NCBI GenBank assembly: GCA_041821665.1
Contig: JBGUDT010000004.1
Coordinates: 1 to 61,234, forward strand
Length of the DNA: 61,234 nucleotides
Origin: Anaerolineales bacterium
Lineage (GTDB): Bacteria > Chloroflexota > Anaerolineae > Anaerolineales > E44-bin32
Direction of reading: 5' to 3'
Part shown: positions 53,879 to 61,234 of the stretch, piece after piece
How the letters are laid out: each line of letters starts with the position of its first letter
How positions within the stretch are numbered: position 1 is the stretch's first letter
Translations under genes and position numbers: made by a program
Notes under the pieces: generated by a model
Databases searched by the model: none
Told to the model about the DNA's origin: nothing
What the model saw: only the letters and a program-made list of their open reading frames with translations

Positions 53879-53897
53879 AGCGTTACCTTCTTTGCAA

Positions 53898-53933
53898 AGT
53901 AAAGCCCCCGCATGAAAAAATACCGGGGGCTTT
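53898..53933 (-). terminator. Hairpin terminator/attenuator between the MalK-like gene and apgM
   Basis: Perfect 10-bp stem AAAGCCCCCG / CGGGGGCTTT (13-nt loop), 20 nt after the minus-strand stop at 53953. On the minus strand it is followed by ACTTTG, and the stem itself ends in TTT. Confidence 0.5.
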
Positions 53934-53952
53934 AAGCTTGATCTTATTTACT

Positions 53953-55056
53953 TTAGCTAATGGCTACCTGTGCTCCTTCGGTTTCGAAGAGTTGCATGTT
54001 CAACATATTGAAGACTGCTTGACCCTGGTCGCCAGATTTCAAGGCAGTCCTCGGGTCGAAGCGGCCCACGAAGGAGTCATCACCCGAGAGCAGGAACATG
54101 AAAATCTCGTTTCCCATCAGCTCGGTCACGTCAACCTTGATGTCCACCGGTGCAGCTTCGATCCCCGGAGGGGTGAATTGTGGATCGTGGATATCGTCCG
54201 GTCGAATTCCGAATATGACATTGTCCCCTTCATACGAGCTGTACATGTCCGTCTTGTTCGCGGGCACAGGAACAGTGAAGTTCCCAGCATTGATGGCCAG
54301 ACCACCGTTTCGCCGCTCAAGCTTGGCCTTGAAGAAATTCATCGCCGGTGATCCGATGAAGCCCCCAACAAAGACGTTCGTTGGTCTATCGTAGAGGTTC
54401 TGGGGCGTGTCGATTTGCTGAATTAGCCCATCACGCATGACCGCGATCCGTGTGGCCATGGTCATGGCTTCGACCTGGTCGTGGGTCACGTAAATAAAAG
54501 TTGTCTGAAGGCGTTGGTGGAGCTTCGTGAGTTGGGCGCGGGTTTGAACGCGCAATTTTGCATCCAGGTTCGAAAGCGGTTCATCGAGCAGGAAGACCTT
54601 AGGCTCGCGTACGATCGCCCGTCCAACAGCGACACGCTGACGCTGGCCGCCAGAAAGCTGGCGAGGTTTTCGATCAAGCAGCTGCTCGATGCCTAAAATC
54701 TCAGCGGCATCCCCAACCCGACGTTTTATTTCGTCCTTGGGTGTCTTGCGGAGTTTTAGTCCGAACGCCATGTTGTCGTAAACCGACATGTGGGGGTACA
54801 ACGCATAGGATTGAAAGACCATGGCAATATCGCGATCTTTCGGGGCGACGTCATTGACGACGCGATCTTCGATGCGGATCTCACCGTCACTAATCTCTTC
54901 GAGACCTGCGAGGAGCCGCAGGGCTGTGGTCTTTCCACAACCGGACGGACCGACGAGGACAAGGAATTCCTTGTCCGCCACCTCAATACTCATATCGTTA
55001 ACTGCTGTTACTTCACCGAACCGTTTGTACACATGATCGTAAGTTACGCTGGCCAT
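53953..55056 (-). CDS. Carbohydrate ABC transporter ATP-binding protein (MalK/UgpC/MsiK type), orphan
   Basis: Walker A GPSGCGKTT, LSGGQRQRVA, LLDEPLSNLD, and a C-terminal TOBE-like regulatory domain. No permease or binding-protein gene is nearby. Confidence 0.9.
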   Translation of the reverse strand: MASVTYDHVYKRFGEVTAVNDMSIEVADKEFLVLVGPSGCGKTTALRLLAGLEEISDGEIRIEDRVVNDVAPKDRDIAMVFQSYALYPHMSVYDNMAFGLKLRKTPKDEIKRRVGDAAEILGIEQLLDRKPRQLSGGQRQRVAVGRAIVREPKVFLLDEPLSNLDAKLRVQTRAQLTKLHQRLQTTFIYVTHDQVEAMTMATRIAVMRDGLIQQIDTPQNLYDRPTNVFVGGFIGSPAMNFFKAKLERRNGGLAINAGNFTVPVPANKTDMYSSYEGDNVIFGIRPDDIHDPQFTPPGIEAAPVDIKVDVTELMGNEIFMFLLSGDDSFVGRFDPRTALKSGDQGQAVFNMLNMQLFETEGAQVAIS

Positions 55057-55101
55057 CGGCCGTCCTCCTCTCGGTTATAGTATCGTACCGCCATTATACA
55101 T

Positions 55102-56541
55102 TTGTTGCAGGTAGATTCGCAACGAGAAGCGCATTCGTTGACGCACCCCAGCACCTCTGGTATAGTCGATTTTGTGCAAACTGGAACGAATGATTCTCGA
55201 GAAAACAGCCACCCCGCCAGGAGGTGGCGATTAATTGCCAGGTGGTTAGAGCCAGGCCTGGGTGTGAAGCGTTGGTTAGTGCTGATGGTGATCGGCACTG
55301 CGCTTCTCGGGCTGGGTGTCGCCATCGTAGCGCTCGACATCTATCGGGCAAATCCTGAGTCAGAATTTCTGGCAACGATAAGCATGGCAGCATTGCCCCG
55401 TGTGCTTCGAGCCGTCGTGTTAGGTTCTTTTGGGGTTGCAATACTGGTCTATGCAGGTTTCCGCCTAAACCGCTCGCTTCTGGCGCCCTATATGCGCCCT
55501 GGAAAACCTGTGGTGGAGGCGGTTGCGCAACATCGGCGATTGGGGCGTGGTCCGAAGATCGTCGCGATTGGTGGGGGAACGGGGCTTTCCACACTCCTGC
55601 GAGGGCTCAAGAAGGGTACCGGAAATCTTACTGCCATCGTTTCGGTGGCTGATGATGGGGGTTCTTCAGGAAGACTGAGACACTCCCTGGGTTTACCGCC
55701 GCCTGGAGATATACGTGCCTGTCTCGCGGCATTGTCGAACGACGAGGATTTACTCACTCAGCTCTTTCAGTATCGTTTCAGTGAAGGGGATGACCTCGGA
55801 GGTCACTCCTTTGGGAACTTGTTTATTGCGGCGATTTCCGATGTAACCGGAAGTTTCCAGGAGGGTGTCACGGAAGCCGGTAGAGTCCTGGCAATCCGCG
55901 GCAGGGTTCTTCCATCCACCGCAAGCACGATTATTCTAGTGGCAGATAAGGTGTTATCAACGGAGAGGGAGGCGGTGAGGGTTGAGGGTGAGAGTCGTCT
56001 CTCATCGGGACCTGGAAAGATACGCAGAGTGCACTTAGAGCCGAATGATCCTCCGGCATATCCTCCTGCAATCCAGGCCATCTTGAATGCAGATATGATT
56101 GTTATCGGACCGGGGAGCCTGTATACGAGCATTCTGCCAAATTTGTTGGTCCCCGACATCACCAAGGCAATCCGAGCAAGCAGGGCATTTAAAGTGTATG
56201 TCTGCAATGTTGCCACACAACCTGGTGAGACAGACAAGTTTAATTGCCCTGAACATTGGGTTGCGGTTGAGGCGCATATCGGGAGAGAAATTGTCGATTT
56301 AATCGTCGCAAATGATAACTTGAGTGGGGAACTACCCGAAGGTGTGCAGGCGGTTGACCCTAGTATTGATGGTAATCCACCTGAGCCGCTGTACGTCGCA
56401 GATCTGATCGATCCTGATCTGCCCTCGAGACATGATCCAGACTTACTTGCAGATGCGTTGATCGCTTTGCTTGAAGAGAGAACCGGTCCTCTTGATCTTT
56501 CCCCCTTGAACGGGGAAACGAAAGAATCGGATAGAATCTAA
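55102..56541 (+). CDS. yvcK: YvcK/CofD-like gluconeogenesis-factor family protein with N-terminal two-TM extension
   Basis: IVAIGGGTGLSTLLRGLK, VADDGGSSGRLR, GPGSLYTSILPNLLV. N-terminal helices LVLMVIGTALLGLGVAIVAL and VVLGSFGVAILVYAGF. The start codon is uncertain (TTG 55102 or GTG 55175). Confidence 0.8.
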   Translation: MLQVDSQREAHSLTHPSTSGIVDFVQTGTNDSRENSHPARRWRLIARWLEPGLGVKRWLVLMVIGTALLGLGVAIVALDIYRANPESEFLATISMAALPRVLRAVVLGSFGVAILVYAGFRLNRSLLAPYMRPGKPVVEAVAQHRRLGRGPKIVAIGGGTGLSTLLRGLKKGTGNLTAIVSVADDGGSSGRLRHSLGLPPPGDIRACLAALSNDEDLLTQLFQYRFSEGDDLGGHSFGNLFIAAISDVTGSFQEGVTEAGRVLAIRGRVLPSTASTIILVADKVLSTEREAVRVEGESRLSSGPGKIRRVHLEPNDPPAYPPAIQAILNADMIVIGPGSLYTSILPNLLVPDITKAIRASRAFKVYVCNVATQPGETDKFNCPEHWVAVEAHIGREIVDLIVANDNLSGELPEGVQAVDPSIDGNPPEPLYVADLIDPDLPSRHDPDLLADALIALLEERTGPLDLSPLNGETKESDRI

Positions 56542-56564
56542 TAAAATAATTAAGGAGCATAACC

Positions 56565-57575
56565 ATGGCAACTCGTGTAGGAATTAACGGATTTGGAAGA
56601 ATTGGACGTCAGGTATTGAAAATCTTAAAAGAGAAATACCCGAAAGAATTCGATGTTGTCGCGTTCAACGATCTCGGTGACCTGGACACGATGGCGCACC
56701 TGTTTAAGTATGACTCGAACTATGGGCGCTTTACGGGGAACCTGAATGTAAAGAAAGATGGGTTCGAGATCGATGGAGATTTTATCAAAGCGCTCTCAGT
56801 CCCAGATCCAGCGGAGCTACCCTGGAATGATTTGGGTGTGGAAATCGTCATCGAGGGCACGGGCATATTTCGTGACCGTGCTGGCGCCAGGAAACATCTT
56901 GAAGCCGGGGCGAAGAAGGTGCTCATCACCGCACCTGCGAAAGAACCGGATTTCACTGTGGTGCTGGGCGTCAATGATGGAGACTATGATCCCGGGCAAC
57001 ATCACATCATCTCAAATGCCTCCTGTACGACAAACTGTCTGGCGCCAGCAGCGAAGGTTGTGTTCGATAATTTCGGCATCGTCAAGGGGATAATGACCAC
57101 GATCCACTCCTACACGAACGATCAAAAGATTCTGGATATGCCGCACAAAGATTTGCGGCGGGCAAGGGCGGCAGCGTTGAATATCATTCCCACGACGACA
57201 GGGGCGGCAAGGGCGCTTTCTCTCGTCATACCAGAGTTGGAAGGCAAATTCGATGGGTATTCGCTTCGTGTGCCAACACCCACAGTTTCGGTTGTGGATT
57301 TCGTGGCCACGCTTGAGAAATCAACGACCACCGAGGAACTGCATGCTGCTTTCAAGAAAGCAGCGGATGGTCCGATGAAGGGCATTCTCGGTTTCTCCGA
57401 AGAACCACTTGTGAGCATGGACTATAAGATGGATCCCAGATCGAGCATCGTGGATGCGCAATTCACCTCGGTTATGGATGGGGATATGGCAAAGGTTGTC
57501 GCCTGGTACGATAACGAGTGGGGTTACTCTGTTAGGACTGCAGATCTTGCAGCCCTGGTCGCAAAATCGCTTTAG
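56565..57575 (+). CDS. gap: Type I glyceraldehyde-3-phosphate dehydrogenase
   Basis: AAGGAG Shine-Dalgarno sequence. [30 protein letters not shown]. Confidence 0.95.
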   Translation: MATRVGINGFGRIGRQVLKILKEKYPKEFDVVAFNDLGDLDTMAHLFKYDSNYGRFTGNLNVKKDGFEIDGDFIKALSVPDPAELPWNDLGVEIVIEGTGIFRDRAGARKHLEAGAKKVLITAPAKEPDFTVVLGVNDGDYDPGQHHIISNASCTTNCLAPAAKVVFDNFGIVKGIMTTIHSYTNDQKILDMPHKDLRRARAAALNIIPTTTGAARALSLVIPELEGKFDGYSLRVPTPTVSVVDFVATLEKSTTTEELHAAFKKAADGPMKGILGFSEEPLVSMDYKMDPRSSIVDAQFTSVMDGDMAKVVAWYDNEWGYSVRTADLAALVAKSL

Positions 57576-57590
57576 AGCAGGAAGGAGCCA

Positions 57591-57620
57591 CGCCGCAGCA
57601 ATACTTCGCTGCGGCGTTTT
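57591..57620 (+). terminator. Intergenic hairpin with T-run between gap and pgk (terminator/attenuator)
   Basis: Perfect 9-bp stem CGCCGCAGC / GCTGCGGCG with an 8-nt loop, followed by TTTT. Confidence 0.55.
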
Positions 57621-57632
57621 AGGTTATCAAAC

Positions 57633-58829
57633 ATGTTTACCAAGAAGACGATTAAGGATATCGATCCAAGAGGACGGAAAATACTCGTCCGGGTTGATTA
57701 TAACGTTCCACTGAAAGATGGTGCGGTTGCGGATGACACACGCATTCAAGCTTCCATCCCAACACTAAAAAATTACTTGCTGGATCGTGGAGGGATCTTA
57801 ATTCTATGCTCTCATCTGGGACGTCCGAAGGGGGAGGTGGTACCAGAACTCTCACTCCGCCCGGTTGCACTACAATTATCCAACTTACTGGGTCGACCTG
57901 TGGATTTTCAACCTGATTGTGTGGGTATCGAGGTTCAGGGTGCGGTTTCTGCACTATCCGAAGGTGATGTGCTCTTGCTCGAGAATACCCGCTTTTATGC
58001 TGAAGAGAAGGCGAATGATCCGGACTTCGCTGCCAGGTTGGCAGCGCCTGCTGAGTTGTTCGTGAATGACGCATTCGGGTCCGCACATCGGGCGCACGCT
58101 TCGACTGTTGGAGTCGCAGAAATTCTCCCGGCTGTGGCGGGATTATTAATGGAAAAGGAACTTGAGTACCTCGGGGATGCCCTTGGGGAACCGAGACATC
58201 CTTTTATCGCCATCCTCGGCGGGGCAAAAATCAGCGACAAAATTGGAGTCGTCGAACGTCTTCTCACTATCGCGGATCGTTTGCTTATCGGGGGTGGAAT
58301 GGCAAATACGTTCCTGGCGGCAAAGGGGTATGCGCTCGGTGAATCCCTCGTGGAAGAAGATTCGATTGAAACAGCAAAGAAGATACTACAAGAATCGGGG
58401 GATGAGATCCTACTCCCCAGTGATGTAGTAGTTGGAAAGGCGTTCGTGGCGAATACGGAACACAAAGTTGTCCCGGTGGATGAAGTGCCGGAGGGTTGGC
58501 GAGCGATGGATATAGGGCCCGCGACGGTACAAAGCTTCTCCGAGGCGCTTCAAGATGCGGCGCTTATCGTCTGGAATGGCCCCATGGGCGTCTTCGAGTT
58601 CCCATCATTCTCTGAAGGCACGAGAGCCGTTGCGCAAGCCGTGGCAGAATGCGAAGGCGTCTCCATTGTGGGTGGCGGCGACTCCGCTGCGGCGGTTCGA
58701 CAGGCAGGTCTCGCCGATAGTATTAGCCACGTTTCCACAGGTGGGGGCGCTTCGTTGGAATTCCTGGAAGGAAAGACGCTGCCTGGTGTCGCTGTTCTTC
58801 TAGACAAAGACGCCGAGATCGAACCATAA
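57633..58829 (+). CDS. pgk: Phosphoglycerate kinase
   Basis: [49 protein letters not shown]. Confidence 0.95.
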   Translation: MFTKKTIKDIDPRGRKILVRVDYNVPLKDGAVADDTRIQASIPTLKNYLLDRGGILILCSHLGRPKGEVVPELSLRPVALQLSNLLGRPVDFQPDCVGIEVQGAVSALSEGDVLLLENTRFYAEEKANDPDFAARLAAPAELFVNDAFGSAHRAHASTVGVAEILPAVAGLLMEKELEYLGDALGEPRHPFIAILGGAKISDKIGVVERLLTIADRLLIGGGMANTFLAAKGYALGESLVEEDSIETAKKILQESGDEILLPSDVVVGKAFVANTEHKVVPVDEVPEGWRAMDIGPATVQSFSEALQDAALIVWNGPMGVFEFPSFSEGTRAVAQAVAECEGVSIVGGGDSAAAVRQAGLADSISHVSTGGGASLEFLEGKTLPGVAVLLDKDAEIEP

Positions 58830-58867
58830 GGCGGTTTGACACGAAGACTAGATATGTTGAAGAAGAA

Positions 58868-58899
58868 GGTGTCGGGTGCAATATCCGATACCTTTTTTT
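58868..58899 (+). terminator. Intrinsic terminator after pgk
   Basis: GGTGTCGG / CCGATACC stem (one G-T pair) followed by TTTTTTT. Confidence 0.65.
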
Positions 58900-58938
58900 G
58901 TGCGCCTGTGCGCCTGTGCGCCTGTGCGCCTGTGCGCC
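58899..58938. repeat. Octanucleotide microsatellite (TGTGCGCC)x5
   Basis: Five perfect head-to-tail copies, counted directly, starting at the last T of the pgk terminator T-run. Confidence 0.95.
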
Positions 58939-59217
58939 AATCTCGTCCGAGGGACCTTTGTTTTTCCCAACTGTGATTGACCATACTTTGCTCGTGTCCG
59001 CCCGGTGTAAGGGCACGACGTGTCATACCCATGCTGCGCCTGCGAGCGTGCATGACCAGGATGGGAAAACCATTTGCGGACCGGCATGTCCGCTGGTGTG
59101 GGAGGGGTGGGGACGTGAGGCCTCCTCCTATCCCGATTTGAAGCAACAAAATTTACGAAGTCATTGTATAGAGAGTAGGGATCACTTCACAATTTACTTA
59201 CAATTAACAAGGATTTA

Positions 59218-59246
59218 TTGCCCGCCTCACATGCCTCGTCTATAAT
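59218..59246 (+). promoter_or_regulatory. Sigma-70-type promoter for the Ser/Thr kinase gene (TTGCCC-17-TATAAT)
   Basis: TTGCCC at 59218..59223, a 17-nt spacer, TATAAT at 59241..59246. AGGAGA Shine-Dalgarno sequence at 59263..59268, before ATG 59270. Confidence 0.55.
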
Positions 59247-59269
59247 GATTCCTGATATTCACAGGAGAA

Positions 59270-60922
59270 ATGATGTCCTTTGTGCTTGGAGAAAATGTTG
59301 GACCATACCGGGTCACGGATCAACTGGGCCAGGGAGGTATGGCGACGGTTTTCAAGGCATACCACGCTGCACTCGACCGCTATGTTGCCATAAAAGTCCT
59401 ACATCCCGCGTTTAAAGAAGATCCCCACTTCACCTCGCGGTTTCAGCGTGAAGCTCGTGTTGTTGCAATGCTTGAACATCCAAACATCGTTCCCATATAT
59501 GACTTCGCAGAGCATAACGGCCATCCTTATCTGGTGATGAAATTTATCGAGGGCAAAACTTTAAAAGCGCGTTTGGATCAAGGACCGCTCACGAAAACGA
59601 AAGCCGGTGAAATTGTAGATTCAATTGGCAACGCTCTCACATATGCCCATGAGCGAGGCGTCCTCCATCGCGATATTAAACCATCCAACATCCTGATCAG
59701 TCCGGATGGTTCGATCTACCTGGCGGATTTCGGCCTCGCACGCATAGCAGAAGCAGGCGCGTCAACGCTTTCCCAGGATATGATGCTGGGCACACCACAA
59801 TATATCTCGCCCGAGCAAGCACAGGGCTCGCGTGATTTGAACGAAGGCACCGATATTTACTCATTCGGTGTGGTGCTTTATGAAATCGTTGTGGGGAAAG
59901 TTCCCTTCAACGCTGACACACCATTCTCAATCATTCACGATCATATCTATACACCGCTCCCCATACCGAGAACCGTCAACCCGCATGTTCCAGAAGAGGT
60001 CGAGTTGGTCCTGCTGAAATCGCTCGCAAAAAACAGAGAGGATCGTTTTGATTCTGTCCAACATCAAGTTGAGGCATTTGATGCAGCCGTGAGGGGTGAA
60101 GCGGTTGATTTCCTACCAGGTATGGACAAAGCACAGCTTGTAGAGCAAACCGAGACCGCCGTGGACTTAGTTCGAGAGGGCTCTCTCTCGGAAGCAGATG
60201 AAGGCGACTCACCGCCCACTAAGAAGAAGCGCTGGCCATGGATCATCGCGGGCATTATGCTCGCCTCTTTTTGTTTATTCGCCTTTCTGGCCGCACTTGG
60301 CGGCTCAGAGGAAAGTGAACCTCCACCGGAAGGACCGCCGCGCGAGGAATTGGCCCTTGAGGATTCTCCGCTTTTGGAAGAGATGGATAACAATCCCGAG
60401 ACCTTCATGCGACGCGGCGAAGCGCTTTTGGAGAATGGCCGTAAAGCGCTTGCAATCGCGGAATTCAGCAAAGCCGCTGAATTGTTCCTTGAAGAGGAAA
60501 GGTATTTCGAGGCGATCCTGGCCTTTGAGATGGCTTTCGAAGCAATGGATTACTCGATTGATCGCAATACGCGCATGGCAGAACGTATGGCACAGGCGTT
60601 GTTCCTGGGGGCGGAAGATGAACGCCTGCTTGACCACCTTGAAGTGCTCTATGAGATTTTCCCTGAATGGCCGGTGCTTCCCGTGGTCGAGGCTCGTGCG
60701 CAATTATTGTCAGGATTTCCGGAAGAAGCGCGTCAGCTTTCCGAGGAAATTCTTGAATCGAATCCCGACGATCCTCTTGCACATGGAGTCCTCGCAGAAT
60801 ACTTCCTGATGACTGGCAGCATCGATGAAGCGGTCGAAATTCTCGACCGAGCGGAGGAAGTGAAAGATCAACTCCCTCGCTGGTTTTACAACCACATTCA
60901 ATTTCTGATGTCACAACTTTAA
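59270..60922 (+). CDS. Hanks-type Ser/Thr protein kinase with one TM helix and an extracytoplasmic TPR-like helical domain
   Basis: GQGGMATVFKA, VAIKVL, HRDIKPSNIL, DFGLA, GTPQYISPE. TM helix WPWIIAGIMLASFCLFAFLAAL. Helical repeats at the C-terminus. Confidence 0.9.
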   Translation: MMSFVLGENVGPYRVTDQLGQGGMATVFKAYHAALDRYVAIKVLHPAFKEDPHFTSRFQREARVVAMLEHPNIVPIYDFAEHNGHPYLVMKFIEGKTLKARLDQGPLTKTKAGEIVDSIGNALTYAHERGVLHRDIKPSNILISPDGSIYLADFGLARIAEAGASTLSQDMMLGTPQYISPEQAQGSRDLNEGTDIYSFGVVLYEIVVGKVPFNADTPFSIIHDHIYTPLPIPRTVNPHVPEEVELVLLKSLAKNREDRFDSVQHQVEAFDAAVRGEAVDFLPGMDKAQLVEQTETAVDLVREGSLSEADEGDSPPTKKKRWPWIIAGIMLASFCLFAFLAALGGSEESEPPPEGPPREELALEDSPLLEEMDNNPETFMRRGEALLENGRKALAIAEFSKAAELFLEEERYFEAILAFEMAFEAMDYSIDRNTRMAERMAQALFLGAEDERLLDHLEVLYEIFPEWPVLPVVEARAQLLSGFPEEARQLSEEILESNPDDPLAHGVLAEYFLMTGSIDEAVEILDRAEEVKDQLPRWFYNHIQFLMSQL

Positions 60923-61121
60923 ATGGATCGAGGGGGTTCTGGGTGTGGCTGCGCCCAGCGATCGAAGATGTCGTGGACGCTTGTATTAAATTTGCGACCA
61001 TGCCTGTAAATTATTCCAAGGGTTGTTCTCAATGCTGCAGTCCAGCGTAGGTTCCTTCTAGCTCCAATTGTGCTTGCATTGGTGTGAATATTACGCGGTG
61101 CAGGCATTAGCCTGGCTGGTC

Positions 61122-61234
<113 letters not shown>

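Noticed and set aside
58899-58938. CRISPR array
   Set aside because: This is the only tandem repeat in the window. It consists of contiguous 8-nt units with no spacers, and there are no cas genes.
58550-59149. 199-aa minus-strand ORF spanning the pgk 3' end and the repeat region
   Set aside because: Its open frame is an artefact. Translating the octamer array gives a periodic RRTGAQAH sequence, and the rest is antisense to pgk.

Overview
61.2 kb of chromosomal DNA, about 55% GC in hand-counted samples, densely coding with many ATGA/GTGA start-stop overlaps. The gene content looks like a monoderm, Chloroflexota-like (possibly Anaerolineae) bacterium, but that is a guess from protein flavour, not a search result. 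No rRNA, tRNA, CRISPR array, transposase or prophage gene was recognised.

Content in order:
1. A minus-strand copper-centre maturation operon: SCO1, PCuAC, YtkA-like, CcoG/NapH-like polyferredoxin, FixH-like.
2. Housekeeping genes: aldo/keto reductase, Xer-like recombinase, purine nucleoside phosphorylase, GNAT, S1-domain protein, ftsK, CDP-alcohol phosphatidyltransferase, lgt.
3. An ABC ATPase, an ABC-2::SpoIIM-like fused permease and an MBL hydrolase.
4. hsp20, then lon with an overlapping CheY-like receiver and a PHP::AlbA_2 fusion protein.
5. GNAT-mog, then a textbook csoR-copZ-copA unit with promoter and operator, extended by ccdA, a TlpA-like thioredoxin and Grx::DUF2085.
6. pgeF-yggS-yggT-yggU.
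7. The most unusual block, about 34.3-52.1 kb. It holds a lower-GC GT87-like membrane gene and a near-abutting (6 nt) Zn-ribbon coiled-coil (COG1579) plus TM-NACHT-HEAT STAND NTPase pair. Five overlapping GT-C-like polytopic membrane proteins are transcribed divergently from that pair, arranged as a duplicated two-gene module that includes two YfhO-like enzymes. MoxR, DUF58, a membrane-fused spermidine-synthase-like protein and a DUF1461/Lit-like protein follow.
8. A hairpin-repeat-rich convergent spacer.
9. apgM, an orphan MalK/UgpC-like ATPase, yvcK-gap-pgk, an octanucleotide microsatellite, a Hanks-type Ser/Thr kinase and the 3' end of upp.

The best candidates for undescribed biology are the GT-C/MoxR envelope locus, the COG1579 plus TM-NACHT-HEAT pair, and the lon-receiver-PHP/AlbA_2 unit. 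All functional calls rest on motifs read by eye. No database search was possible.
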